From a virus, in the IMG/VR virus record IMGVR_UViG_3300037092_000015, positions 1 through 64,000 of that record: a stretch of 64,000 nucleotides of DNA; one strand, written 5' to 3'. Shown here in pieces: positions 8,216-17,985 of this stretch; position 1 is the first letter of the stretch; each line of letters begins with the position of its first letter. A model generated the notes under the pieces. It saw nothing but the letters and a program-made list of their open reading frames with translations, searched no databases and was not told the DNA's origin. The translations under genes were made by a program, and so were the position numbers.

Positions 8216-10013
8216 CTGCCCCGTCGGAGGTGCCCGACACTGGAAGAGCATCGCCGCACGCCGCCGCATCCGAATTGTCTAGCACGCTGCCCAGTTCCAC
8301 CGCCAGCACCGGCTCCGCGCCGACCACCATAGCAGCGCCCTTGTCTAGTACCCGGTCGGCTACGTCTTGCTTGCGCACGATAGTCTTCACCATCTTCGCG
8401 TCTAAGCTCCCTTCAAGAACTAGGTGCTGAACTAGCACTGCGTCTGCCTGCCCGATGCGGTGCGTCCGATCTTCTGCCTGGCTCACGATGCCGGGCCTCC
8501 AGTCCAGTTCAGCCATGACTACATGACTGGAAGCCGTCAGCGTGATGCCGACACCCGCCGCTGTGATGCTCCCGATAAACAGCGTGACTGTCGGATCTTC
8601 TTGGAATGCCCGCACTGCCGCATCTTTATCCGCTTCTGTCATGCCGCCGTAGAGGTGCACCGCCGCCGCTCCAAACTCCGCTTGCAGCGCGTCCACTACG
8701 TCCCGGTGGTGAGCAAAGCAGACAACTTTACCCTCGTCCATTGCAAGCCGCAAGTGCTCTATCACAGCCGGTATCTTTGCGACCGCAACCGCGTGCCGTT
8801 GCTTTGCAATTTCTTCGAAGGCAACCGAGTAGGCTTTCTTTAGCTGGTCCGCTAGCGCCGCGTATCCCGTCTGGTCGTCCGCCATCGCCGCTGCCGCAAC
8901 TTTAGCCTTGAGCGTGGTCAGCCGCGCCTCATGCGCCGCGAACGCTTCCGCTTCCTCACGCACCAGTCCGGCGCTACCGTTAGCTGCGATCTCAATTATC
9001 TGCCTGCGCTTCGGTGGCAGGTCTTTCAGCACGTCCTTTTTTAGCCTTCGCACCATCACAGTTGAACGGAGACGGTTGTGCAACTCATCCAAGTGCGACG
9101 CACCGCTAAAATCCCATCCCCACCCGTTTTGGAACCCCGCGCAATAACGTATCTGGTCTTTGAACCCCCACTTGCCGGGCTCTAGCGACCGCAGCAACGG
9201 GAACAGTTCGATAGGCCGGTTGATCAGCGGCGTGCCAGACATGAACACCCGGCGCCGCGCCTTCACCCCGTCATGCCCAGGTTCTTGCCCACGCGCCTTC
9301 TTGCCGAGCACGATCTTGGTTCTGGCTGCTTTTGGATTTTTCAGGTGGTGGCACTCATCGCAGATAAACAGGTCCCACACCGTCGCAGTTATCGCTTTCT
9401 CGAACTTGCCTGCAATATCGTAGTTCATCACCACCACGTCGCACACGTCTCCTATCCATGCCTCTTTTGCCAGTTGGACACCCACCCTAAGCGGTCTCAC
9501 GGCCCACTTCGCTATCTCCCTGCTCCAGTTGAGCTTGAGCGATGCGGGACACATAACCAGCACCCGCTTCACCGTCGGGTCCATGTTGATTATTCCGATA
9601 GCTTGGATCGTCTTCCCCAGCCCCATCTCGTCGCCTATCAGCGTCCCGGGACGACCGGCGGCGAACGATATTCCCGCCTTTTGGAACGGCATGTAAGCCA
9701 GACCGTCTGGCACTGGTATCGCCACGTCCGCGTCTATCGCCTTGCTGGCTTCAATAGCTTTGTTCTCTTGCGCCGCCTGACCCGCACTCACCGGCTGCCA
9801 CCAGCAACATTCCCAGTTCCCGGTTCGTTTGTCCTTGGACCAGCTCACGCCCGCCGATTTGAGCGGGTGGTCCGGCATGGCTTTGCTCGCCTTCCACGCT
9901 GCGCTGAACGCTTCCGTCGGCGATGCCTTACGGAGCAACCGCCGCCCGTTGCTCGTCAGCACTTCTTTTGAAGCAGACCATGCAGCCAGCTTCTCAATTT
10001 CAACGGTGTTCAC
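8127..10013 (-). CDS. SNF2-family (HARP/SMARCAL1-like) helicase
   Basis: GDEMGLGKT, DECHHLKN, SGTPLINRP, QAEDRTHRIGQ. Confidence 0.92.
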   Translation of the reverse strand: MNTVEIEKLAAWSASKEVLTSNGRRLLRKASPTEAFSAAWKASKAMPDHPLKSAGVSWSKDKRTGNWECCWWQPVSAGQAAQENKAIEASKAIDADVAIPVPDGLAYMPFQKAGISFAAGRPGTLIGDEMGLGKTIQAIGIINMDPTVKRVLVMCPASLKLNWSREIAKWAVRPLRVGVQLAKEAWIGDVCDVVVMNYDIAGKFEKAITATVWDLFICDECHHLKNPKAARTKIVLGKKARGQEPGHDGVKARRRVFMSGTPLINRPIELFPLLRSLEPGKWGFKDQIRYCAGFQNGWGWDFSGASHLDELHNRLRSTVMVRRLKKDVLKDLPPKRRQIIEIAANGSAGLVREEAEAFAAHEARLTTLKAKVAAAAMADDQTGYAALADQLKKAYSVAFEEIAKQRHAVAVAKIPAVIEHLRLAMDEGKVVCFAHHRDVVDALQAEFGAAAVHLYGGMTEADKDAAVRAFQEDPTVTLFIGSITAAGVGITLTASSHVVMAELDWRPGIVSQAEDRTHRIGQADAVLVQHLVLEGSLDAKMVKTIVRKQDVADRVLDKGAAMVVGAEPVLAVELGSVLDNSDAAACGDALPVSGTSDGAGVRGENATTGLATLEIETSRMRRCRICAR

Positions 10014-10426
10014 TTACCACCTCCCGCTGTCCGCGCCGACCACTTCACCAGCACCGCCCGCAGCGCATCCCGCTCCTCAGCAACCGCGATTGCCGCCCTC
10101 TGGGTGGCCAGGAGCAACTCCTTGGCCGCGTCCCGCTCCGCAAGCAGGGCGGCGTGCGCGTTTCCGGACTCCGCTTGAGTTGCTTTAGCGTCAGTAATAA
10201 TCCTTGCCAGAGCCTTTTCAAACCTATCCCGCATTGCATCGCATTTCGCGGAAGGGTTTGCAATGCTTCCAGTTAAAAACGCCGTCCCCAGGGCTTCCAA
10301 TACTTGCAGTGTTTTCGCATTCATGTCTTGCTTTCGTGCTTGGAACCGGGCTGCCACGGTCGCGGGCGCTTCCTGCCCCGCTTCGCTGCCGCCGCTCTTT
10401 GTTGTCTTTGTTGTTGTCCGATTCAC
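10010..10426 (-). CDS. Hypothetical coiled-coil protein
   Basis: Stop overlaps the SNF2 start (GTGA). Confidence 0.55.
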   Translation of the reverse strand: MNRTTTKTTKSGGSEAGQEAPATVAARFQARKQDMNAKTLQVLEALGTAFLTGSIANPSAKCDAMRDRFEKALARIITDAKATQAESGNAHAALLAERDAAKELLLATQRAAIAVAEERDALRAVLVKWSARTAGGGK

Positions 10427-10532
10427 ATGGCAAATATTTTGTTCACCGATTCCGTCCTTTAGAATCGAGCATTTGCTACGTTTCTAATAGTTCGGCAAGA
10501 TTGCTTAATGCCATTTTCATCGTTCTATCCGC

Positions 10533-10811
10533 CTATTTCTTTCCACCGCTCGGTTTACCGTATCGCCACGCCCGCAAGTCCTGCGGCAAGTCCGGCAGCT
10601 TGCCGGTCACTTTAGCGAACGCGACCCGCCTGTTCACGAACCGCACCCGCACCCTCGGGTAGTGCCCTAGCCACACCCGCCGCCTCACCTTGTAAGGCGA
10701 CACGTGCGTCCGCGCCGCCTCGCTGTGAATGAACTCCTGTAGCGGCACTTCACCGCGCATCGCTTTTGCTTTCTGTTTTGTCATTGTTTGCCTTTTATTT
10801 TTGTCAGCCAT
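10533..10811 (-). CDS. Small basic hypothetical protein
   Basis: Operon strand, Arg/Lys-rich. Confidence 0.5.
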   Translation of the reverse strand: MADKNKRQTMTKQKAKAMRGEVPLQEFIHSEAARTHVSPYKVRRRVWLGHYPRVRVRFVNRRVAFAKVTGKLPDLPQDLRAWRYGKPSGGKK

Positions 10812-11092
10812 GATTCCAGTCTCGCCCTGTAGTCAACCACCCGGTGCGCCGTGGCCACGCCGCCTAAGTGAACAATCCAACCGTCGCCAAGCTTCCCGGT
10901 TTCGCCGTCGCGCTCAAGCATGAGTCGGTAGTGAGACACCTGAATGCTGTAGCGGTGCAACTCGTCGTCTGGCACGTCGCGCACCACGTAAACTAAGCCC
11001 TTCTTCGGCAGCGCTGTGTAGAGCGAGGCTATGGTTGAATGAAACACCGCATCAATGCAAGCTACCTTGTCTCCTGTGCTGAACAGCTTCAC
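10781..11092 (-). CDS. Probable chimeric ORF (small beta-domain N-terminus plus nuclease-like C-terminus)
   Basis: GDKVACID..GLVYVVRDV joined to DDELHRYSIQVSHYRLMLE..GWIVHL. Confidence 0.45.
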   Translation of the reverse strand: MKLFSTGDKVACIDAVFHSTIASLYTALPKKGLVYVVRDVPDDELHRYSIQVSHYRLMLERDGETGKLGDGWIVHLGGVATAHRVVDYRARLESWLTKIKGKQ

Positions 11093-12891
11093 GGTCTTAA
11101 CCCGCTTTCCGTAATGAACCGGCTAGGCGACCGCGCCTCCATCGGCCCTGGCGGCATCGCGTCGCCCCTGTTTTGCGGACGCTCGCGGCAATAAGTCAGT
11201 AGCAAATTATCCTTCGCTCTGGTGCACGCGACAAAGAACAAACGTCGTTCCTCATCAATATCTGTGTCCTTGCGCCCACTTGGTAACACGCCTTCCTCGC
11301 AACCTACTACGATCACGGTTTGAAATTCACGTCCCTTAGCAGCGTGACAGGTGCAGACTGTGACACCTTCCCCGTTTTCTTCTTGCGCCTGTTCCGTCGC
11401 ATTCAAGTAGAGCAGCAAGTCCGGTATCGTCCACGGCCCGCCAGCCGACAGTTCCCGGCAAGCCGTGTGTATCCGCTCCCGGCTATCCGCGCTCAATCCG
11501 TGACGAAGCAAGTCAACGTCAGACACCGCACCGTCGCCCTTGCCGAACGGCCAGCCTAATGCCTCGCTCACGCTCATCATTTCAATTTCCGCCATCCGCT
11601 TTGCGTGAACCGCATCTTGTCCTGGCGTAGCCTTGAGTAGTTGAAGCACCAGCATATCATTAAACGGGTTGTCTATCACCGACAGGAGCAGCTTCGCCCG
11701 CCGCCAGTCACCCGGCTTCACGCGGGGCTTGCTCTGTTTGACCGGCACGCCGTTAGCCCGCAAGTGCTGCGCTACGGCATCGCAAAGACGGTTCGTGCGG
11801 GCGAGAATTGCAACCTCAGTTAATGGTGTTACAGGTTCGTTTTCCACCGGGGTTGGTGTATGCCCCTCGTGAGCAAATCCTTTGATTGGATCACCGCAGT
11901 GGCATACTAGCTCCGGTGCCTTTGTAACTGCTTGCACCTGCTCCAGAACGTAGCTTAACTCGTCCGCTGGCTTGTCACACTCGTGCACCGTGACGCTGCC
12001 GCCCGGACGCATGGCCTGCGTAACCTTTGGAATACGGTTGACGTTGTGCTCTATGAGCCTCTGTGCGGTGTCGCAGATAACGACTCCCGACCTGTAATTG
12101 TTTTCTAGTTTGAACACCGTCCATTGCTTTCCCGCTTTATGTAAAGCTACGTCAATGAACTGCTGAACCTTGGTATCGCGAAACGCGTAGATCGACTGGC
12201 AGTCATCCCCGACTATAAACTTGTTCCCGCACGGCATTGCTTCGTAAATAGCGAAGTCCTGCTCTGATGAGTCTTGCGCCTCGTCTATCCAAACGTGCGT
12301 GTATGGCCAAGGAACCTTACCATCCATCGCCATTTGCGCCGCTCGCAAACCGTGGTGCAGAAGCATGTCGAAGTCGCACATTCCCGATTCAAGAAGCAGC
12401 GCGTGGTAACGGCGCACGACTAGCTCCGCCCGACTCGGCAGCCGAGTCAACGGGTCGCCGCCCTTGCTCGCCGCCAGTGTCGCCAGCGCAACCTTCGTGC
12501 TGCTCTTTTCACCCATCAAATCCATGATGGACAGGAGCAGCGGTTCTACCTGCTCATCGTCCACCACCCCGATGCGCTCCGGCAACCCTAGCGCCACATG
12601 ATGCTCCCGGCACAAACGTAAGCAGAAGCTGTGAAGCGTCCCTACGAACCCGAGCTTGGACGTGACGCCGTGCTCCTTGGCCAGCCTATCCACAAGCTCC
12701 CTCGCTGCCGCGACCGTGTAAGTCACAACCAAGACGGACTCAGGCAGCACGCCCTGCGACACGGCGTAGGCCACGGCGGCTACTAGGGTGCGAGTCTTGC
12801 CGCTCCCCGGACCCGACACAACGAGTTTGTGTGTGGCTGGTGACTCCACGGCGGCCCGTTGCTCTTGGTTTAGCTTCTCAAGTATGTCCAT
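11089..12891 (-). CDS. uvrD: UvrD/PcrA/Rep SF1 helicase
   Basis: LNQEQ, GPGSGKT, IDEAQD, VGDDCQSIYAFR, NYRS, HAAKGREF, EERRLFFVACTRA. Confidence 0.93.
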   Translation of the reverse strand: MDILEKLNQEQRAAVESPATHKLVVSGPGSGKTRTLVAAVAYAVSQGVLPESVLVVTYTVAAARELVDRLAKEHGVTSKLGFVGTLHSFCLRLCREHHVALGLPERIGVVDDEQVEPLLLSIMDLMGEKSSTKVALATLAASKGGDPLTRLPSRAELVVRRYHALLLESGMCDFDMLLHHGLRAAQMAMDGKVPWPYTHVWIDEAQDSSEQDFAIYEAMPCGNKFIVGDDCQSIYAFRDTKVQQFIDVALHKAGKQWTVFKLENNYRSGVVICDTAQRLIEHNVNRIPKVTQAMRPGGSVTVHECDKPADELSYVLEQVQAVTKAPELVCHCGDPIKGFAHEGHTPTPVENEPVTPLTEVAILARTNRLCDAVAQHLRANGVPVKQSKPRVKPGDWRRAKLLLSVIDNPFNDMLVLQLLKATPGQDAVHAKRMAEIEMMSVSEALGWPFGKGDGAVSDVDLLRHGLSADSRERIHTACRELSAGGPWTIPDLLLYLNATEQAQEENGEGVTVCTCHAAKGREFQTVIVVGCEEGVLPSGRKDTDIDEERRLFFVACTRAKDNLLLTYCRERPQNRGDAMPPGPMEARSPSRFITESGLRP

Positions 12892-13081
12892 TCTGGTTTC
12901 CTTTCGTGCTATGCAAGTGAGCGAGACAGGGTTCACACCTGCTCTTGAGGCCCCACGCTGCCAGTTGCCCGGCAGCGGCTTTTGACATACCGGCTAGTCA
13001 TACGCAACCTCTGTGCTTGCTCCGGCTCTTACACCACTCGCTCATTGTTGTTGCTTGATTCACTGCGCCAACCTAACGCAA

Positions 13082-13603
13082 TTACTTGCCTTCCGCAAGC
13101 GCCTTCTTCGCCTCCTCAGCCTGCTCTGGCATCAGCGCCGGGTTTGGCAAAGGCTCCGTCCCCGTCACCACGCCTGTCGCCGTGCCGTCCGTCACCTTGT
13201 CGCCCGGCTTCGGCTCCGGCTGGTCCGGCAGCGGCAGCTTGTCGAACTCGTCTTCGTCCATCGCCGACTTGCGGATAACCTTGCCTTTGTCCGGGCCGTC
13301 AGCGAAGCGGTAGGTCTTCATCCCGTTCTTGCGGTCGAACTCCACGTCCGCCGGCACCTTGCGCGACTCCGCGCCGAGCCGCAACTGGTTTCCCAGTTCG
13401 CTGCACTGGCTCTCCAGTTCCTTGATGACCGCCTTGGCGCTGGCCGCCGACGCCTTGACCGCCTCCTTCTTGAGGCTCACATCAGCCATGAGTTGCGCCA
13501 GTTCCTCGCTTTTGGATTTATACTCCTGAAGCGTGAACTGGTGCTGGATTTCAACCGTCTCCCGTATCGTGTGCTTCTTTTCCTTTGTCTTCTTGCTGTC
13601 CAT
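13082..13603 (-). CDS. Hypothetical phage protein (coiled coil)
   Basis: MDSKK start after an AAGGAAAGG leader. Confidence 0.65.
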   Translation of the reverse strand: MDSKKTKEKKHTIRETVEIQHQFTLQEYKSKSEELAQLMADVSLKKEAVKASAASAKAVIKELESQCSELGNQLRLGAESRKVPADVEFDRKNGMKTYRFADGPDKGKVIRKSAMDEDEFDKLPLPDQPEPKPGDKVTDGTATGVVTGTEPLPNPALMPEQAEEAKKALAEGK

Positions 13604-13812
13604 GTATTGCCTTTCCTTTGTTGTTTTGTTGTGATGTTTACTTATCCCGATCTGCCCGGCGCTGCTTGATGACTTGGCGCCGTTCGCTCTTGCCGTGCCA
13701 AGGACGTTGCGGATCAATTCGCGTCCGAACCCCGCGACCGTCAACGAAGTAGGTGACGCCCGACCATGTTTTCAATGTTCCTGTTTTCATTCTTTCCTTT
13801 CGCTTGTTTCGT

Positions 13813-14194
13813 TTACTTACCAGCCAAGGCCGCAGCAACCGCCGCTGCCTCTGCCGGCTCCAAATTCCAAATGCCCTGTCGCCCGCGCACCGGCACGGGC
13901 TTCGACAGAACCCGAAGGTTCCGCGTCAGCCACGCGAACCTGCCTGGGGTGTAGTCGCCAAGGTCGCGCAACACAGTCGTAAAGTTCCACCACGCACAGC
14001 GCCGCGCCGTAGGGCATCGCCATAGCCGCTGCGTAGGTGGCAACGTCACCGCACTCTTCCAAAGACGGCTTGCGCTTGCTTGCGCATATCACTAAGTTAC
14101 CCCTGTAGGATGTTGGCCAGCTACGAGTTTCGTTCTGCTTCACGCCGCTAGCCATTGCAGATGCCCACGGCTGCCACAAACTAACAGCTTTCAC
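13813..14194 (-). pseudogene. ASCH-domain protein split by a frameshift
   Basis: N-half KAVSLWQPWAS...KQNETRSW; C-half GDYTPGRFAW..PVRGRQGIWNL lies in another frame; junction near 13970. Confidence 0.7.
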
Positions 14195-14697
14195 TTACGA
14201 CCTCCTGTTCGCCTTACGCGGCCAGCAGTAGGCGGCGTCACCCACACCCTAACCGGGAAGTGGCACCGCTCTCCGCCTAGCCCGTCGCGTCGCAGCATGT
14301 CGCACACTGCTTCCGCCTGCTCCTTGGTGGCATGGTAGTCGTGCGTGGTGTTAGGCGGTTCCGCGCCAATAATGTGGCCCGGTGGCCATTCCGCCCACGA
14401 CGCCCATCGCGCTTCGGTAGCCGGTGGCGCACCAGAAGCCTGATTCCCGGCACTAGGGCTTGATTTGCCGCACCTTTGCTCCGTAACCGTGCCGCCAAGG
14501 CTGTTTTGCGCCCCGCCGCGCCACGGGCCGGCCTCGGCAAGTAGCCAGAACACAACCGTCGCGGCAAATAGCAGCCCGAAGCCTGCCGCACATAGTTTTT
14601 GCCCGCCGTTGAAGTGCGCCAGCAAGACGCACAAAGCTGGCGTCGCTACCATCAGGAACAGGCAGACGCCGATTAGATGCTTGCGCGGGTTGCTCAC
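14191..14697 (-). CDS. Hypothetical membrane protein
   Basis: Two N-terminal TM segments; overlapping stop/start with both neighbours. Confidence 0.55.
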   Translation of the reverse strand: MSNPRKHLIGVCLFLMVATPALCVLLAHFNGGQKLCAAGFGLLFAATVVFWLLAEAGPWRGGAQNSLGGTVTEQRCGKSSPSAGNQASGAPPATEARWASWAEWPPGHIIGAEPPNTTHDYHATKEQAEAVCDMLRRDGLGGERCHFPVRVWVTPPTAGRVRRTGGRK

Positions 14698-16754
14698 GAC
14701 AGCACCTCGATTTCCACGTAACCCGGAACCGTTGGCGCGTCGGCGCCTAGCGGTCGCACATCGGTGAGAACCGCCTGGTCTAATTTATCGGTGCGGATTA
14801 ATTCCAGAAGCAATGCTACGAACGCGACCTTGTTATGGTCATCCAGGCGTCCTATCTCGTCCACCATAGCCAGCCGGAACGGCGCGTCCGCTGCCAGTGC
14901 AACAGACAGGGCACAGTAAGTCAACGCCTGCTCTGTCCCTGAGAACATCTTGTGAGTGATCAGCTTCCCGGCTGTCGCCATACCGATTTCACCGTCTTGC
15001 CATACCAACGGGCTTCGTAGAATCCCGCCGCACAACTCGTTAGCCCGCACCACCAACGGACCCACCGCCGCGTCCAGCAGCTTGGATTGCAGCGCCGCCA
15101 CCAATTTTGCGGTCTCTTTCCAGACCTCGCACTCCACCCGCGCCCGCGCTAGTTCCGCCGCCGCCCGGGCGCTGGCCGCCTTCTCCGCTCGCAGCGCCAA
15201 GAGTTGCTTGTAGGCTGTGTCCGCCGTGGCCACTTCGATGCGCTTTGTATCCGCTGCCAGTTTCGCTGCCGTGTAATCTGACCGCGCCTTGTCTAGCGCA
15301 ATCGTGAGAACCGGAACCTTGCCCGCCGCTTCTGCCGCCGCCGCGTTGTGCGCTACCTTCTCACGCAACTCCGCCACTTGGTTAGCCATCACCTTGAGCG
15401 CGTGCTGTGCGCCAATGTAGAGCGTGTTCTTGTGCGTCCAGTCGGCAACCGCGTTCTGGTAGCTGGTATGGGCTTCGGCTGTAGCTTTGTCCCATGATGC
15501 TTGTGCCTGATAAACCTCGCTCAAGGCCACCGACGCCGCCGTCGCCGTAGGGTTGAAGTCCAGTCGCGCCTGTGTGGCCGTCTTAACCGACTTGCTCGCT
15601 GCCTTGATTAAGGTTTCCAACCCCTTCACCACCTTGGATTGCAAGTCCACTATGCTCTGGCCGCACTTGCTGCACTTGACCGCACCCGCCGCGTCTTTCA
15701 GTTCCTTTTGAAGCCGCGTTATATCGGCTTCCGCTTGTCGCACGTCGCCGTCGAGCTTGTTCGCTACCTTGGCAGCGTTCGCAACAGCATCCCGCGCCGC
15801 CGTGTCATCCGGGCGATTGCCTGTCGCCGTCGGCCTCGCTGGCTCCGGACCAGCGGGTAGCATTTTGGAACTAGCTCCGATCTTGATCTCGTTCTCCAGT
15901 TTTGCGATGCGGTTCTGCGTAGCTTCCAAGTCAACCGCCGTAGCCGCTAACTCCTTGGCGTCGTTTAGCGCGTTCAGTGCGCCTTGCCCAACCTCCGTTA
16001 TACGCGACTGCTCCTGCACCGCCGTCTCTAGCAGCGCACGCGCACGCGCCAACCGTTGCTCCGCGTCAACCGGCGGTGGCGGCCCGGTCAGAGCGATCTG
16101 CGCCTGCCCTTGCCCAGTCTTCTGCATCCGCTGCACACACGCTGCGCTTGCCTTCTTTTTCTCCCCCACCATTTCCACCATGCTCTCAACCCACGCTTGC
16201 GGAGTCCGATCAGAGTCGGTGGTTAGCGTCGTGCCGTTCAATAGCTTCACCACTTCCTCCAACCCCGCCTCGCTCTCCGGCGTATTGTCTTCCAGCTTCA
16301 CGTTCTTGACGTTAGCTACAAGCGCCCGCACCATCGCCTCGATGGTCATGTCCTCTGGAAGCTTGCACCGTCCGAACAGGAACCGCGTCCGCGCCGGGCC
16401 GCTCAGCCCCAGGAACTCCCCTTGCACATCCAGCGCCACTGGCGGCATCTTCAAGTCTCCTTCTTGCGTAACCCTCACGCTGCCGCCAACCTCCTGCCAT
16501 GTCCGGCTCAGAACCGTGCCGTCGTCCATCGTCCCTGCGACGTGGAGAGGGTTGCCGCTCGCCACCGCGTCGAATACGTCTCGGGGCTTGGAACTCATGC
16601 CGGGCAAGCTGCCGCCTAGCAGTAGCGATATGGTGTTCTCTCTGGCCGTCTTGCCGGCAAAGTTGCGTCCGTATATCAACGTGACGGCGCCAAGCTTGTG
16701 CGTGAAGGTTTGCCCCTTTACGTTGCGGCCTGTCAAAGTGTCTATCTTTCTCAT
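14694..16754 (-). CDS. SbcC/Rad50-like ABC ATPase with coiled coil and zinc hook
   Basis: Walker A GRNFAGKT, central CSKCG, signature FSGTEQ, Walker B AMVDEIGRLD. Confidence 0.8.
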   Translation of the reverse strand: MRKIDTLTGRNVKGQTFTHKLGAVTLIYGRNFAGKTARENTISLLLGGSLPGMSSKPRDVFDAVASGNPLHVAGTMDDGTVLSRTWQEVGGSVRVTQEGDLKMPPVALDVQGEFLGLSGPARTRFLFGRCKLPEDMTIEAMVRALVANVKNVKLEDNTPESEAGLEEVVKLLNGTTLTTDSDRTPQAWVESMVEMVGEKKKASAACVQRMQKTGQGQAQIALTGPPPPVDAEQRLARARALLETAVQEQSRITEVGQGALNALNDAKELAATAVDLEATQNRIAKLENEIKIGASSKMLPAGPEPARPTATGNRPDDTAARDAVANAAKVANKLDGDVRQAEADITRLQKELKDAAGAVKCSKCGQSIVDLQSKVVKGLETLIKAASKSVKTATQARLDFNPTATAASVALSEVYQAQASWDKATAEAHTSYQNAVADWTHKNTLYIGAQHALKVMANQVAELREKVAHNAAAAEAAGKVPVLTIALDKARSDYTAAKLAADTKRIEVATADTAYKQLLALRAEKAASARAAAELARARVECEVWKETAKLVAALQSKLLDAAVGPLVVRANELCGGILRSPLVWQDGEIGMATAGKLITHKMFSGTEQALTYCALSVALAADAPFRLAMVDEIGRLDDHNKVAFVALLLELIRTDKLDQAVLTDVRPLGADAPTVPGYVEIEVLS

Positions 16755-16776
16755 GCTTTTCCTTTCGTTAGTTGAG

Positions 16777-16908
16777 TGGTGGGCGTGGCAGGATTTGAAC
16801 CTGCAAGTGCGACATAGCCATTAGAAATGTTGTTCGCTACTCAGCAAACGCTGGAAAGCCATGCAGCCCCGTTTCTCTCCGGTGCGTTTTACATTCCGCC
16901 ACGCGCTC
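16777..16908 (-). ncRNA. tRNA-like RNA with an extended central stem-loop
   Basis: Perfect T-arm GCAGG-TTCAAAT-CCTGC, encoded ACCA end, D-arm-like GCGGAATGTAAAACGC, imperfect acceptor stem, no canonical anticodon arm. Confidence 0.6.
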
Positions 16909-16922
16909 ACAAATTGCATCTA

Positions 16923-17717
16923 TCAAAAAGGAACATCCTCAGGCTCCGGCTCCGCCGCTTCGCCTTGCGGCTCACTCGGTGGAGGTTCGTTTTCTGGGGC
17001 TTCCGGTTGTGCCTGCCCGTCGTCAGTCGGCTGTGCGGCGGAGCTCTTGGTTTTGGCGAAGTAACCTTCCAAGAACACTGCCAGTTCGGCGTCGCATACC
17101 TTTGCCATTGCGTCCGTCTCTGGCTTGATGTCCACCATCGAGAATTTTGGTAGTATGTAAGTCACGTCGCCATTCACAATGGTATCGCCCTTTGCGATCA
17201 CCACTGCCCTTTCATACACTTCCCCTTGAGGGTGGCTTGATCCTCGCCGGTGAGCCTTCTTGAACTCAATCCACGCGTTGACACTTGAACCTTTGATGTG
17301 TAATCCTCCAATCTTCAGCACTGGCACCTTTGGGTCTGGGAAGAACCCGATGTAGATGCTGTTGTAGAAGTGCCCGCCAACGGCCTTGCTCGTAACGTGG
17401 TCTTTAATGTCCTTGTAGAACCCTGACGTGATTACGTCGCCTTTGTAAGACTTCACGACCATCACTTCGGAACGGCTGTCCCGCACTTCGTTGGAGTAGA
17501 TGCCGCCGATCTGCTTTGAGTATCCACGGACGCAGGACAACTCGTCCAGCACCAGGAACTTAAACCCGTCTCTGACGTTCACCCGCATTCCTTTCTTTTG
17601 CGTTTTCGGGTTGTCTAGGTCCTTGTCCCAGTATTGTAACTGGCCCGTCTTACCGCTCCATTCAAACCACCGGACTGCTGGATTTGGTCTCGTGTCAACT
17701 GGATTTGATCTGCTCAT
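16923..17717 (-). CDS. Putative single-stranded DNA-binding protein
   Basis: Aromatic beta-rich core and an acidic Pro-rich tail ending EDVPF. Confidence 0.65.
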   Translation of the reverse strand: MSRSNPVDTRPNPAVRWFEWSGKTGQLQYWDKDLDNPKTQKKGMRVNVRDGFKFLVLDELSCVRGYSKQIGGIYSNEVRDSRSEVMVVKSYKGDVITSGFYKDIKDHVTSKAVGGHFYNSIYIGFFPDPKVPVLKIGGLHIKGSSVNAWIEFKKAHRRGSSHPQGEVYERAVVIAKGDTIVNGDVTYILPKFSMVDIKPETDAMAKVCDAELAVFLEGYFAKTKSSAAQPTDDGQAQPEAPENEPPPSEPQGEAAEPEPEDVPF

Positions 17718-17835
17718 GTTTTTCCTTTCCTTGATAAACCGCACGCCCCGGGCAGGTGCATCAAACGTGAATTGGACGCACCGAAGTCCCGAGGCGGCGG
17801 TAAGTTGTTTGTCGATTGATTCACGTTATGCAGGC

Positions 17836-17865
17836 AACATAACGCAACTCCTGCCCGTTTGGCAA
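17836..17865 (-). promoter_or_regulatory. Sigma70-like promoter TTGCCA-18-TATGTT with an overlapping inverted repeat
   Basis: Heads the replication operon; CGTTATG-N7-CATAACG overlaps the -10 box. Confidence 0.55.
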
Positions 17866-17985
17866 CAACTATTTTGAGAAATCTTTTAAGCCGGTTTCAT
17901 CCACCGACACCGCGCACGGCAGACACTACGGATACGGCACCGGCGCCAGCAGCTTGATCTTCTGGACGCTCCGCGCCGTGCCGAC

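Noticed and set aside
16777-16908. A functional tRNA with an assignable anticodon
   Set aside because: No canonical 5-bp stem with a 7-nt loop, and the acceptor stem is mismatched; reported as tRNA-like only.
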